DNA from: Aquificaceae bacterium
GTDB lineage: Bacteria; Aquificota; Aquificia; Aquificales; Aquificaceae
Direction: 5' to 3'
NCBI GenBank assembly: GCA_037924335.1
Contig: JAXSMZ010000001.1
Span: 1 to 64,000, forward strand
Length of the DNA: 64,000 bases
Part shown: in pieces, positions 49,949 through 62,460 of the stretch
Layout of the letters: every line of letters starts with the position of its first letter
Numbering within the stretch: the stretch's first letter is position 1
Translations under genes and position numbers: made by a program
Notes under the pieces: generated by a model
What the model was told of the DNA's origin: nothing
Seen by the model: the letters and a program-made list of their open reading frames with translations, nothing else
The model's database searches: none

Positions 49949-51309
49949 TATAACACCTTCCCAGGATTGAACAAGTTTTTTGGGTCAAAGACAGCCTTTA
50001 TTGCCTTCATGATCTCAACCCCCACATCTCCTACTTGCCACCTTAGAAACTTCCTTTTGGTTAGTCCCACTCCATGCTCCCCAGTTATAGAACCATGGTA
50101 AGACAGTGCAAGCTCAAAGACTTCATCCACAGCCATCTCTGCCCTTTTCTCCTCTTCGGGGTCGCTCTTTTCGTACAGAAGGTTCACATGCAGATTACCA
50201 TCTCCTATGTGCCCGAAGATTACAAGCTTGAGATCGTATCTTTTGGCTATCTCTCTGAGCTTTGGTATTGCATCTGTGAGATAAGTCCTTGGAAAAACTA
50301 TATCCTCGTTTATCTTTCCCGACTTGAGGTTTCCTAAAGCTGGTCCCAAGCTTTTCCTTGCTCTCCAAAGGTCTTCCGCCTCTTTTTCATCCTTTGCAGA
50401 TTGAACAGACACACCCATAGAGTTGAGAAGCTCCTTGACCATGCTTGCCTCCTCTCTAACGCTTTGGGGATGGCCGTCCAGCTCTATCAAGAGCAAGGCT
50501 TCTACATCTTTTGGTAAGCCGACTGGCTTGTAATCTTCTACAGCTCTAATGGCATACTTATCCATAAATTCAAGAGCTGAAGGGAATACACCGGAGGTCA
50601 TTATCTTAGTTACTGCCTTCCCAACATCTTCAAGCCTATAAAACAAGGCTAAAAGCGTTGTCCTCGAAAGGGGTTTTGGTATTAGCTTTAGGGTTGCAGA
50701 TGTTATAAGTCCAAGCGTTCCCTCTGAACCTACAAAGAACTTGGTTATGTCGTAACCAGCCACATCCTTTATCACAGGGTTTCCAGTCTTTAAAAGCTTG
50801 CCCTCTTTTATGACGGCAGTAAGTCCAAGTACGTACTCCCTTGTCACCCCATACTTTAGACATCTTGGACCGCCAGCATTCTCTGCTATGTTTCCCCCAA
50901 TGGTCGAGTATTTAAAGGATGATGGGTCTGGTGGATAAAAAAGTCCAAGCTTTTCAATATACTGTTGAAACTCGTAAGTTATAACACCTGGCTGAACTGT
51001 TGCCGTTGCATTATCCACATCAACGTTGAATTCTTTCATCCTTTCAAAGGATATTACAACACCCCTTTCGGACGTTGGAACAGCTCCACCTGTAAGCCCA
51101 GAACCTGCACCTCTTGGGAAGATGGGTATGTCTTCTTCGTAACATACCTCAACGAGCTTCTGAACATCTTCTTCTGTCTTGGGGAAAACAACGGCCATAG
51201 GTGTTGCCCTGCTTATAGGTATGGGGGTAGCGTCGTAGGAGTAAAGCTTTCTTTCAACCAACGAAAAGTTCACCTTTTCCTTCCCTAAAACTTCTATAAG
51301 CCTTTCCAT
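49948..51309 (-). CDS. glcD: FAD-linked oxidase, GlcD/D-lactate dehydrogenase family
   Basis: RGAGSGLTGG, YPPDPSS, GHIGDGNLH, GEHGVG, NPGK; start set at MERL. Confidence 0.85.
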   Translation of the reverse strand: MERLIEVLGKEKVNFSLVERKLYSYDATPIPISRATPMAVVFPKTEEDVQKLVEVCYEEDIPIFPRGAGSGLTGGAVPTSERGVVISFERMKEFNVDVDNATATVQPGVITYEFQQYIEKLGLFYPPDPSSFKYSTIGGNIAENAGGPRCLKYGVTREYVLGLTAVIKEGKLLKTGNPVIKDVAGYDITKFFVGSEGTLGLITSATLKLIPKPLSRTTLLALFYRLEDVGKAVTKIMTSGVFPSALEFMDKYAIRAVEDYKPVGLPKDVEALLLIELDGHPQSVREEASMVKELLNSMGVSVQSAKDEKEAEDLWRARKSLGPALGNLKSGKINEDIVFPRTYLTDAIPKLREIAKRYDLKLVIFGHIGDGNLHVNLLYEKSDPEEEKRAEMAVDEVFELALSYHGSITGEHGVGLTKRKFLRWQVGDVGVEIMKAIKAVFDPKNLFNPGKVL

Positions 51310-51395
51310 AGGTCCTCTCTTACCCATTAGCATATACTTGAATTTAAAGACTGACCTTCTCTTTTGTATGATGGAAACTATAATTTTAAAAGATA

Positions 51396-51899
51396 ATGGC
51401 AAGCGTTGTGATGTTCTGGGGTAAACAGGAAGAGGATGGCTACCTTCCAGAGAAAATACTTTGGCTTTTAGAAAAACCTCATCCCCATTGGGTAGAAACT
51501 CAGAGGGATAACCTGAAGCTTGACTTTAAGGAAACAGGGTTCAGACAGTTTGTAAATCTAAACTCTAAGTACATAATAACTGATGCTATGCTCATGTTTG
51601 GTCTTCAGTTTTCAAAGATGAAGGACCAGCTTATAGAAACGCTAAACCCTGTCAGACTGATGATAAAGTTAAAGCCTGGAAGCTTTTTGAGCATGAGCCA
51701 CCACTTTTTAGGTGCACCTTTTGAAATAGAGTGTGATGAGGTGCTAAGGGAGTTTCTCAGGTCTGCAAGGGAGATGTTGGAAGAAGGTGGTTTCTGTTTG
51801 GACTTGCTCCTAATTTCACACAACCCTTACCTTGAAGATGTTATTTTGAGCAACTTGAGCAGAATAAAAGGATTAAACTATAAGTTTTACGGTGCTTGA
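51396..51899 (+). CDS. Hypothetical protein
   Basis: 167-aa ORF coupled to downstream genes. Confidence 0.7.
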   Translation: MASVVMFWGKQEEDGYLPEKILWLLEKPHPHWVETQRDNLKLDFKETGFRQFVNLNSKYIITDAMLMFGLQFSKMKDQLIETLNPVRLMIKLKPGSFLSMSHHFLGAPFEIECDEVLREFLRSAREMLEEGGFCLDLLLISHNPYLEDVILSNLSRIKGLNYKFYGA

Positions 51900-52136
51900 T
51901 ATGGAAGAAGGGTACAGAGGTATATTTAGCAAGATGGGAGAAGCTCTGATAGAAAGATACATAGAGGATATAAAGAGGGAGCTTAGTCAGAAGCCTAACG
52001 ACATAGACCTTCTTTTTAAGTTGGGCGTGGCTTATGTTAGGATAAAGAAGGTAAACCAAGCAAGGGAGGTATACAAAAAGCTCAAAGAGTTAAACAGAGA
52101 GAAAGCCAATGAACTTTTGGATATCATATACGAGCT

Positions 52137-52140
<4 letters not shown>
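51892..52140 (+). CDS. Small TPR protein
   Basis: PNDIDLLFKLGVAY...AREVY TPR. Confidence 0.75.
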
Positions 52141-54795
<2,655 letters not shown>

Positions 54796-54796
54796 A

Positions 54797-55180
54797 TCAT
54801 CTCTCCTTTTCTATAAATATATCTTTTATATCCCTCATGTAAAATCCTACTTTACCAAACTCCCATAATGATGTGCAATAAGTGTTAGCGCTTACATATA
54901 CCTTCTCTTTGCTGCCGTTTACAAACTCAACTCTCAAGACAAGCAGTTCCCCATTTTGGGATAAAAGACTTATATGTTTTATCATGTCAAAAGGTATAGT
55001 GTACTCTAAATTACCTTCTTTTACTCTCAAATAATCTCTCCCATTGCAAACCACCCCTTTTAGGTTGTGTTCTACACCTTCCCTGTCTATAACTCTTACC
55101 ATCAAGCTTTTGCTAGGCTTCATGGGTTCTGCCATGGAAAGTAGTAAGATAGCGAGTACTAAGAGCAACGCCCTTCTCAT
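54797..55180 (-). CDS. Hypothetical exported protein
   Basis: Signal peptide MRRALLLVLAILLLSMA; two Cys. Confidence 0.7.
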   Translation of the reverse strand: MRRALLLVLAILLLSMAEPMKPSKSLMVRVIDREGVEHNLKGVVCNGRDYLRVKEGNLEYTIPFDMIKHISLLSQNGELLVLRVEFVNGSKEKVYVSANTYCTSLWEFGKVGFYMRDIKDIFIEKER

Positions 55181-55196
55181 AAGAAGAAATTTTAAA

Positions 55197-56780
55197 CTAA
55201 CTTTTCTTGTTTTCTTCCTCATCCTTTAAGAGCTTGTAAACAATACTGTCTGTGAGTGCTATCCAAGAGGCTTCTATGATGTTTTCGGATACACCAACCG
55301 TACCCCATCTTCTTTTACCATCTGTGGACTCTATGAGAACCCTAACTTTAGCTAATGTTCCCTCAGATTCGTTCACTATTCTGACTTTGTAATCTATCAG
55401 CTGCACTTCCTTCAGATTGGGATAAAAGGTCTCCAAAGCTTTTCTTATTGCCCTATCGAGAGCGTTTACTGGACCATTACCCAAGGCTGCCGTGTGTTCT
55501 CTAACACCGTTTACATATAGCCTCACAGTGGCTTCAGAAATGGGGAGTTCATCGCTACTCCTTCTGGCTATGAGCACCCTATAAGCATCCAGTTCAAAGT
55601 AGTTCTTCACAAGTCCAAAATGTCTTTTACACAGAAGCTCAAAGGATGCCTCAGCCGCTTCAAAATGGTACCCTTCCTTTTCAAACTCCTTTATCTTCTC
55701 TAAAAGGTTTACAAGCTCCTTCTCGTTTACTTCCATACCAAGCTCTCTGAGCTTATAAAGTAAACTGCTCCTCCCAGACAGGTCAGATATGACAACCTTT
55801 CTTCTGTTTCCTACAAGGAATGGGTCAATATGTTCGTAAGTCTTTGTTTCTCTCATAATGGCTGAGGCATGGACTCCAGCCTTGTGTGCAAAAGCACTCT
55901 CTCCTACGTAGGGTATGTTCTTAGGAAGGGGTACGTTTGAAAGCTCAGAGACAAAGTTGGCAATCTCAGTGAGCCTCTTCATGCTTTCTGGGGGTATCAC
56001 GTCAAAGCCCATCTTAAGCTGCAAGTTTGGTATTATGGAACAAAGGTTTGCGTTGCCAGTCCTCTCTCCTATACCGTTTATGGTGCCATGTACCTGTCTG
56101 GCTCCTGCGAGAACAGCCATAAGGGAGTTTGCCACCGCACTGTCAGAATCATTATGGGTGTGTATGCCAACGTTAGACTGCGGAAACCTTTCTTTTACTG
56201 TCTTCGTTATGTTGTAAACTTCGTTGGGAAGGCTTCCTCCGTTTGTATCACAAAGAACTATCCAATCTGCACCACCTTGAAGGGCAGCATTTAGAACTTC
56301 CAAGGCATAATCTGGATTGCTCTTGTATCCATCGAAGAAATGCTCCGCATCAAATATCACTTCATTTACATGCTCCTTAAGGTAATGGACAGTCTGATAA
56401 ACCATGTTCAAGTTCTCTTCTAAGGTAATGGACATGGCTTGGGTAACATGGAAATCCCAGCTTTTCCCAAAGATGGTTATCACTTTAGCCTCAGACCTTA
56501 AGAGGTTCTCCAACTGTTTATCCTCGTTGGGCTTTTTGTTGGGCCTCCTCGTTGAACCAAAAGCCACAACCTTGGAGTTTCTCAGTTTTATGTTTTTGAG
56601 TTTTTCAAAAAGGGCAGTGTCCTTTGGGTTTGATCCTGGCCATCCGCACTCTAAATAGTGGATCCCAAACTCATCAAGTTTTTCAATTATACGCAGTTTA
56701 TCATCTATGGAGAAGTTTACACCTTCAGCCTGAGAACCATCCCTCAGAGTAGTGTCGTACAAAAAAACCTTATCCTTCAT
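55197..56780 (-). CDS. cimA: Citramalate synthase (LeuA family)
   Basis: YDTTLRDGSQ, GWPGSNPKD, FGKSWDFHV, DAEHFFDG. Confidence 0.9.
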   Translation of the reverse strand: MKDKVFLYDTTLRDGSQAEGVNFSIDDKLRIIEKLDEFGIHYLECGWPGSNPKDTALFEKLKNIKLRNSKVVAFGSTRRPNKKPNEDKQLENLLRSEAKVITIFGKSWDFHVTQAMSITLEENLNMVYQTVHYLKEHVNEVIFDAEHFFDGYKSNPDYALEVLNAALQGGADWIVLCDTNGGSLPNEVYNITKTVKERFPQSNVGIHTHNDSDSAVANSLMAVLAGARQVHGTINGIGERTGNANLCSIIPNLQLKMGFDVIPPESMKRLTEIANFVSELSNVPLPKNIPYVGESAFAHKAGVHASAIMRETKTYEHIDPFLVGNRRKVVISDLSGRSSLLYKLRELGMEVNEKELVNLLEKIKEFEKEGYHFEAAEASFELLCKRHFGLVKNYFELDAYRVLIARRSSDELPISEATVRLYVNGVREHTAALGNGPVNALDRAIRKALETFYPNLKEVQLIDYKVRIVNESEGTLAKVRVLIESTDGKRRWGTVGVSENIIEASWIALTDSIVYKLLKDEEENKKS

Positions 56781-56798
56781 GGAATTATAAATATATTC

Positions 56799-59700
56799 TC
56801 ATGCCTTCTTTCCACCAAACTTTTCATACACAAGCGGGAGTATAAGCAAAGTTAGCATAGTAGAAGTAAAGATACCACCTATAACTACAACAGCCAGGGG
56901 TTTTTGAAGCTCTGCACCTATCCCTGTAGCAAAGAGCATGGGAAGAAGACCAAGGGAGGCAGCACTGGCAGTTATGAGTATAGGTCTTAGTCTCCTTGAC
57001 GCTCCCATGAGTACAGCTTCCCTTACGCTGTAGCCGTTCTCAAGGAGAGACCTGATGTAAGATATGAGAACTACACCGTTCAAGGTTGCAATGCCAAAGA
57101 GGGCTATAAAACCTATAGCTGAGGGTACTGAGAGGTTATAACCAGACAGATAGAGGGATATTACACCGCCTATAGTTGCAAAGGGTACGTTCAATATAAC
57201 TATGATGGCATCCCTGAGTGAGTTATAGTTTACGTAAAGGAGAAGAAGTATAAGGAGTATGGATATGGGAACAACTATGGAAAGCTTTTTCATAGCCCTC
57301 TCTTGGTTCTCAAACTGTCCGCCGAAGGTTATAAAGTACCCAGGGGGAAGCTTTACCCCCTTGTATATCCTTTCCTTGATCTCTTTTACAAAGCCTCCCA
57401 AGTCTCTACCTTGAAGGTTAGACTGCACAAGGGCAAATCTCATACCGTTCTCTCTTCTTATCTTTAAGAAACCCTCGGTCGTCTTAACATCTGCCACCTG
57501 TGAAAGGGTGAGTATGGTACCGTCCTTTGTAAGCAGTGGCATATCCTTTACGCTTTCCAGTTCCTTCCTTTCAAGACCTAAGACCATGGGGAATAGTATG
57601 CTGTCCCTCTCCATATAACCTGCCTCTTTTCCTCCCAGAGTATAGGCTACTAAGTTCATAAGCTCCGCAGTTGTTATGTTGTATCTTTTGAGAACTTCCA
57701 TCTTTGGAACTATTCTCAGTTGGAGCTTTCCAGACTGAGCTTCTGTTTCTACGTCCACTGCACCCTTTGTGTTTTTGACTATCTCCTCAATCTTATAGGC
57801 AATTTCATTTATCCTGTTTAGGTCATCACCAAAAACCTTTATGGCCACAGTAGACTTTACCCCAGAGAGAAGCTCATCTATCCTCATCTGGATGGGCTGT
57901 GTAAAGCTAAACTCCACACCAGGTACATACCCAAGCTTTTTTCTGAGAAGTCCTACAAACTCCTCCCTGCTTTTAAAGTTCTTCCACTCACTCGTTGGTT
58001 TGAGAATTATGAAGGTTTCAATGTAGCTGACATCCTCTGGCTCTGCCACCTCTGCCCTCCCTATGTTGGAAAATGTTCTTACAACTTCAGGATAACTAAG
58101 AGCTGTCTCTTCAACCAGTTTTGCTACGCTCTTTGCCTCTTCCAAGGAAACGTTTGGGTCTAAGAAGGACTTGACAAGAACTGCACCCTCTTCAAGCTGT
58201 GGGGCAAACTCTGTACCTACTCGGGAAAGCAAGAATAGGGAGAAGACGAAGGATATGAAAGTGATTCCCAAAAGTACCCATCTTACTCCAAAGGCTCTCT
58301 CCAAAAGCTTCAGATAAATACTCCTCAACATTTTGAAAAAGTAAGTCTCTTCCGTACCTGGTTTGATAATGTAATAAGAGAGAACGGGCATAAAGAGAAA
58401 GGCAACGACAAGAGAAGAGAGGATGGCCAGTATAATGGTGAGGGCTAAGGGCTTGTAGTACTTGCCTTCTACGGATTCGAAGGTAAATATGGGAATGAAG
58501 ACCACTATTATGATCCCTACCGCAAAGGTTACGGGTCTTATGACTTCCATAACTGAGTCAACTACGATGGAAAGCTTGTATCCCTGCCTATTTTCTGATA
58601 GATGTCTGTATACGTTCTCCACAACAACTACAGTAGCATCTGCAAATAGACCTATGCCTATGGCAAGCCCTCCAAGAGTCATTAGGTTTCCAGAGATGCC
58701 AATCTGCTTTAGGAGTATAAAGGTGTAAAGGAGCGTAAGGGGTACAGAGAGGGCTACCAAAAAGGCTACTCTTGGATTCCACATGTAAAGGACTATTGCC
58801 AAAGATACGAGCAGAATTCCTTCCAAAAGGGCTTTTTCCACTGTTGACAATGCCTTTTTTGTCAGGTAGGACTGGTCGTAGAGCATCTCAACCTTTATGC
58901 CCGGTGGAAGGACATCTTGAACCTTCTTCAGCCTTTCCTTTAGCTCCTGTACAAGCTCCATTGTGTTGGTCTGAACCCTTTTCAGGACTATGTTCCCCTG
59001 AACCTCCTCACCGTTGAGAGTGAAGGCTCCTCTTCTGTTAGGAAGCTCGGAAGGGAGCACATCAGCCACGTCTCTCAGAACCAAGCTTATACTCTCTTCC
59101 TTCTTTATGGGTACGTTCTCTACCTCTTCTATGCTCCTTAGCCTTCCGAGACCTCTTATGACCATGTCTCCTTGAGAGGACTCCAAGAATCCCCCACCAG
59201 CTATCTGGTTATACTCCTCCAGAGACCTTATAACATCCTCCAATGTTATCCCGTAGAGTACCATCCTTTCGGGCCTTAACCTTATCAGATAAGCCCTTTC
59301 TGGTCCCCATTGGGATATATCCTCCACTCCATCCATGGACTTGACCATGGGTCTTACCTTCCACATCTGAATGGTCTTTAGGTCTTCTAGGGAGTAGTTT
59401 CCCTTCTCATCCAAGAGGGCGTAGAAGAGCACGTTTCCAAGACCAGAAGTGTTTGGTCCTATCCTTGGCACATAACCCTTAGGCATCTGAGCCTGAGCCT
59501 CAGGAAGCTTTTGAGCCACAAGATTTCTTGCAAAGTATACATCAGTTCCATCTTTAAAAAATACGCTCACATAAGAGAGTCCAGGAAGGCTCACGGACCT
59601 TACGAGTTCTACACCCTTTAATCCAGACAGGACAAACTCTATGGGCTTGGTTACCAGCAGTTCTGTCTCTTCTGCAGAAAGGCCTGGCGTTTCCGTGTAT

Positions 59701-59831
59701 ATGACCACCTGTACGGGCGTAGGGTCTGGGAATGTGTCTATGGGTAGTTTCTTGAAAGACCAAAGTCCCAAAAGCATGCTTCCTATCAGGAGTATCAGCA
59801 CAAGGAGTCTGTATTGAAGAACCTTTCTCAT
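56799..59831 (-). CDS. czcA: CusA/CzcA heavy-metal RND permease
   Basis: LPIDTFPD, NLMTLGGLAIGIG, FTQPIQMRIDEL, RLRP. Confidence 0.9.
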   Translation of the reverse strand: MRKVLQYRLLVLILLIGSMLLGLWSFKKLPIDTFPDPTPVQVVIYTETPGLSAEETELLVTKPIEFVLSGLKGVELVRSVSLPGLSYVSVFFKDGTDVYFARNLVAQKLPEAQAQMPKGYVPRIGPNTSGLGNVLFYALLDEKGNYSLEDLKTIQMWKVRPMVKSMDGVEDISQWGPERAYLIRLRPERMVLYGITLEDVIRSLEEYNQIAGGGFLESSQGDMVIRGLGRLRSIEEVENVPIKKEESISLVLRDVADVLPSELPNRRGAFTLNGEEVQGNIVLKRVQTNTMELVQELKERLKKVQDVLPPGIKVEMLYDQSYLTKKALSTVEKALLEGILLVSLAIVLYMWNPRVAFLVALSVPLTLLYTFILLKQIGISGNLMTLGGLAIGIGLFADATVVVVENVYRHLSENRQGYKLSIVVDSVMEVIRPVTFAVGIIIVVFIPIFTFESVEGKYYKPLALTIILAILSSLVVAFLFMPVLSYYIIKPGTEETYFFKMLRSIYLKLLERAFGVRWVLLGITFISFVFSLFLLSRVGTEFAPQLEEGAVLVKSFLDPNVSLEEAKSVAKLVEETALSYPEVVRTFSNIGRAEVAEPEDVSYIETFIILKPTSEWKNFKSREEFVGLLRKKLGYVPGVEFSFTQPIQMRIDELLSGVKSTVAIKVFGDDLNRINEIAYKIEEIVKNTKGAVDVETEAQSGKLQLRIVPKMEVLKRYNITTAELMNLVAYTLGGKEAGYMERDSILFPMVLGLERKELESVKDMPLLTKDGTILTLSQVADVKTTEGFLKIRRENGMRFALVQSNLQGRDLGGFVKEIKERIYKGVKLPPGYFITFGGQFENQERAMKKLSIVVPISILLILLLLYVNYNSLRDAIIVILNVPFATIGGVISLYLSGYNLSVPSAIGFIALFGIATLNGVVLISYIRSLLENGYSVREAVLMGASRRLRPILITASAASLGLLPMLFATGIGAELQKPLAVVVIGGIFTSTMLTLLILPLVYEKFGGKKA

Positions 59832-60856
59832 CTTTCTATCTGATTCTTTAAGAATATGACACCGCTTATTGCAACCTTTTCTTTTTCCTTAAGGTTTCCG
59901 CTCACTAAAACCATATCCTTCTCTTCCTTTATCTTTTTAACTTTCCTTGTCTCAAAACCGTCGTCGGTTTTTACAAAAACCATATAATCTCCTTTGACCT
60001 TCTGAACACCTTGTGCGGGTATCCAGAAACCTTTTACGCTTCCAACCTTGATGAATACGTCAACCATCAGGCCTGGTCTCAGAAGGTCTTCTCTGTTATC
60101 CACAAGGAGTCTTATAGGAACCCTTTTTGTGTTTTGGTCTACCTCATGGGATACGTAATCTACGTAGCCCCATACCTTTTTCCCCTTCCATAGGCTATAT
60201 CCCTTTGTTCCCTTCCTGACCATATCTACCTCTTCAGGCCTAGCATAGGAGTAAACCCATAGCTTTTCGTGTGAGTGAACTTTGAACATCTCCTTGGAAA
60301 TGTCCACACCAGAACCAGTAAAAACATTCTGCTCTATAACGTATCCGCTTATGGGAGACCTTATTAGTACCACGTCTCCTTTTACTTCTCCAAAAGACCT
60401 GAGGGATTGCAAAAGGGCATGGTACTCTCCCCTTGCCTTCTCATAATCTATCTTTGCACCGTAATACCTTGAGTAAGGGATGACCTCCTCTCTGTAGAGC
60501 ATCTCTTCCCTCTTGAGTGTTTCCTCTGCTACCTTTAACTTCACCTGGGACATCCTTATCTGAGCTTGCAGGTCCGCTACATGTGGAGAATAAACAGATG
60601 CTAACACTTTACCTCTTTTTACATAATCTCCCTGTTTCACAAAGATTTTCCTTACAACGCCGGCAACTGGTGAGTAAACTTGAGATACAAGACCAGAGTA
60701 TTCGCTCACCTGTGCTGGAAGCCTTAGCTCCTCCTCCACCTCCTGTAGTCTAACCTCCCAAAGCTTGATACCAAGCCTTTTCTGTGTTTCATTGTCTATC
60801 CTTATGACCTCAGAGAAAGAAAAGAGGGGTAAAAGTAACAGTATGAACACTCTCAA
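59828..60856 (-). CDS. czcB: RND membrane fusion protein CzcB-like
   Basis: SPVAG..GDYVKRG, SPISG, LRPGL. Confidence 0.85.
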   Translation of the reverse strand: MRVFILLLLPLFSFSEVIRIDNETQKRLGIKLWEVRLQEVEEELRLPAQVSEYSGLVSQVYSPVAGVVRKIFVKQGDYVKRGKVLASVYSPHVADLQAQIRMSQVKLKVAEETLKREEMLYREEVIPYSRYYGAKIDYEKARGEYHALLQSLRSFGEVKGDVVLIRSPISGYVIEQNVFTGSGVDISKEMFKVHSHEKLWVYSYARPEEVDMVRKGTKGYSLWKGKKVWGYVDYVSHEVDQNTKRVPIRLLVDNREDLLRPGLMVDVFIKVGSVKGFWIPAQGVQKVKGDYMVFVKTDDGFETRKVKKIKEEKDMVLVSGNLKEKEKVAISGVIFLKNQIER

Positions 60857-62022
60857 AGCTCACCTCCCAGCATAAGATACTTGGTATACTCCTCGTGCGC
60901 CTGTTTTATGAGTTCAAGCCTGTACTTTAAAAGTTCCACATATCTTCTTTTTGTATCAGAAAGCTCCAAAAGGGTTATAGTTCTCAGCCTGTAGCTTTTT
61001 ATGGCCAAGCTTAACTCCTCCTGAACTTTTGGGATAGCTCGCTCCTCTACTCTCTTTATCTCCTCAAGGAGCTTTCTGTACCTTGACCTGATTAGCTGGT
61101 AATCCCTTTCTATGCTCAGTTTTTCAAACTCCTTTAGTCTTTCTAAACTTCTGGCTTGGGCGGAGATCTGTATGAGCTCCCCCTGTCTTCTGTAAAAAAG
61201 AGGAAGTGATGCGGTAAGACCAGCCCTAAAGCCATACTCATTGACGGACACCTTTTCTCCTGTTATGTTCCAACTGAGTTGAGGCTTTGCCAGAATTCTT
61301 TCCACTTCACTGGCATATGTTAAGCTCTTTATCATATAGTCATACTGCTTTACTCTTGGAAGGTCTTCTATGGTTGGGTCTTTCATGTCTCTGAGGTCAT
61401 CAAACCTTCCTTCCACATCTGATACTTCCTCACCTACGAAGGAAGAGAGATATTTCAAAGAGTTTTTGTATTCATTCTTTGCAAAATCAAGCTCAACCCT
61501 TGCAAGCTCGAGCTCCCTCTCAGACCTGAAAACCTCCAGCTTTGTACCCTCACCTAACTCAAAGAGCCTCTTTATGAATCTATGTATATCCTCGCTTATG
61601 TTGTAGTTCTCCTGAGCTACCTTCAGAAGCTCCCTTCTGTATAGGGTTGAATAATAAGCCCAGTACACCTGCCCTGTAAGAGACCTCCTTTCTGTCTCTA
61701 CCCTCTGTAAAAAGGACTTCTCTTCGTAATCCACCATCTTTCTGAATTGCCTTCCAAGGGGATAGGGGACGAAAGGTTGGGAGTAAGAGATGCTATACAC
61801 AGGGTTTGACTTTACGCCTTCCTTAGATGTTCCAAAGTTTCCAGCCTCTAAGCTGAGTGTAGGGTTAAGATAAGATCTGTAAGTCAGAGCTTTACCCTTG
61901 AACTTTAAGCTTTCTTCCTGAAGAGCCTTTATAGAGGGATAACTTTTTATAGCTTTTTCTAAGGCACTTTCAAGCTCTATAGCGTATGAAGCTCCAAAGA
62001 CAAGCAGGAGCAAAAGCATCAT
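60853..62022 (-). CDS. czcC: TolC/CzcC outer membrane factor
   Basis: OEP repeats (NPTLS, LPLF, Y..RTITLLEL), operon context. Confidence 0.85.
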   Translation of the reverse strand: MMLLLLLVFGASYAIELESALEKAIKSYPSIKALQEESLKFKGKALTYRSYLNPTLSLEAGNFGTSKEGVKSNPVYSISYSQPFVPYPLGRQFRKMVDYEEKSFLQRVETERRSLTGQVYWAYYSTLYRRELLKVAQENYNISEDIHRFIKRLFELGEGTKLEVFRSERELELARVELDFAKNEYKNSLKYLSSFVGEEVSDVEGRFDDLRDMKDPTIEDLPRVKQYDYMIKSLTYASEVERILAKPQLSWNITGEKVSVNEYGFRAGLTASLPLFYRRQGELIQISAQARSLERLKEFEKLSIERDYQLIRSRYRKLLEEIKRVEERAIPKVQEELSLAIKSYRLRTITLLELSDTKRRYVELLKYRLELIKQAHEEYTKYLMLGGEL

Positions 62023-62423
62023 GGTTTTAGTTTAACAAGATGGTCATACACTATGCTCCCTCCTAAGTTCCCTTGAAGGAAAAGCAACAGAACGCCCACT
62101 ATAAGCATAAGAGTGAAGATGTTCCTAAGCCTAAAGAACCTCACAACACCAATGAGAAGAAAGAAAACAGCCAAGAAAAGGCCTAACTTTTCGTGAGTCT
62201 CAAAGATGGGGATCTTCTCAAGCAGTTCCTCTATGGGTTCATGTGCTATGATACCAGATAATGTCCCTAACGCTACAGAGAGCACAGTGAGATACGTCAA
62301 AAGAGCATGCATTCTATCAAGCTCTCTCTTGGTTATTCTGTAATAGACGTCTATAAAGAGCAAAAGCACTGGAAAGGCTATGGCAAAGTGTACGGTGGGT
62401 GGATGAAGCTTTATAACTTCCAT
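62019..62423 (-). CDS. DUF2231-like membrane protein
   Basis: LHPPTVHFAIA, HEKLG, GNLGGSIVY. Confidence 0.8.
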   Translation of the reverse strand: MEVIKLHPPTVHFAIAFPVLLLFIDVYYRITKRELDRMHALLTYLTVLSVALGTLSGIIAHEPIEELLEKIPIFETHEKLGLFLAVFFLLIGVVRFFRLRNIFTLMLIVGVLLLFLQGNLGGSIVYDHLVKLKP

Positions 62424-62460
62424 TCTACCTTCCTCCTATTTTTATTCTATCAGCTTAACA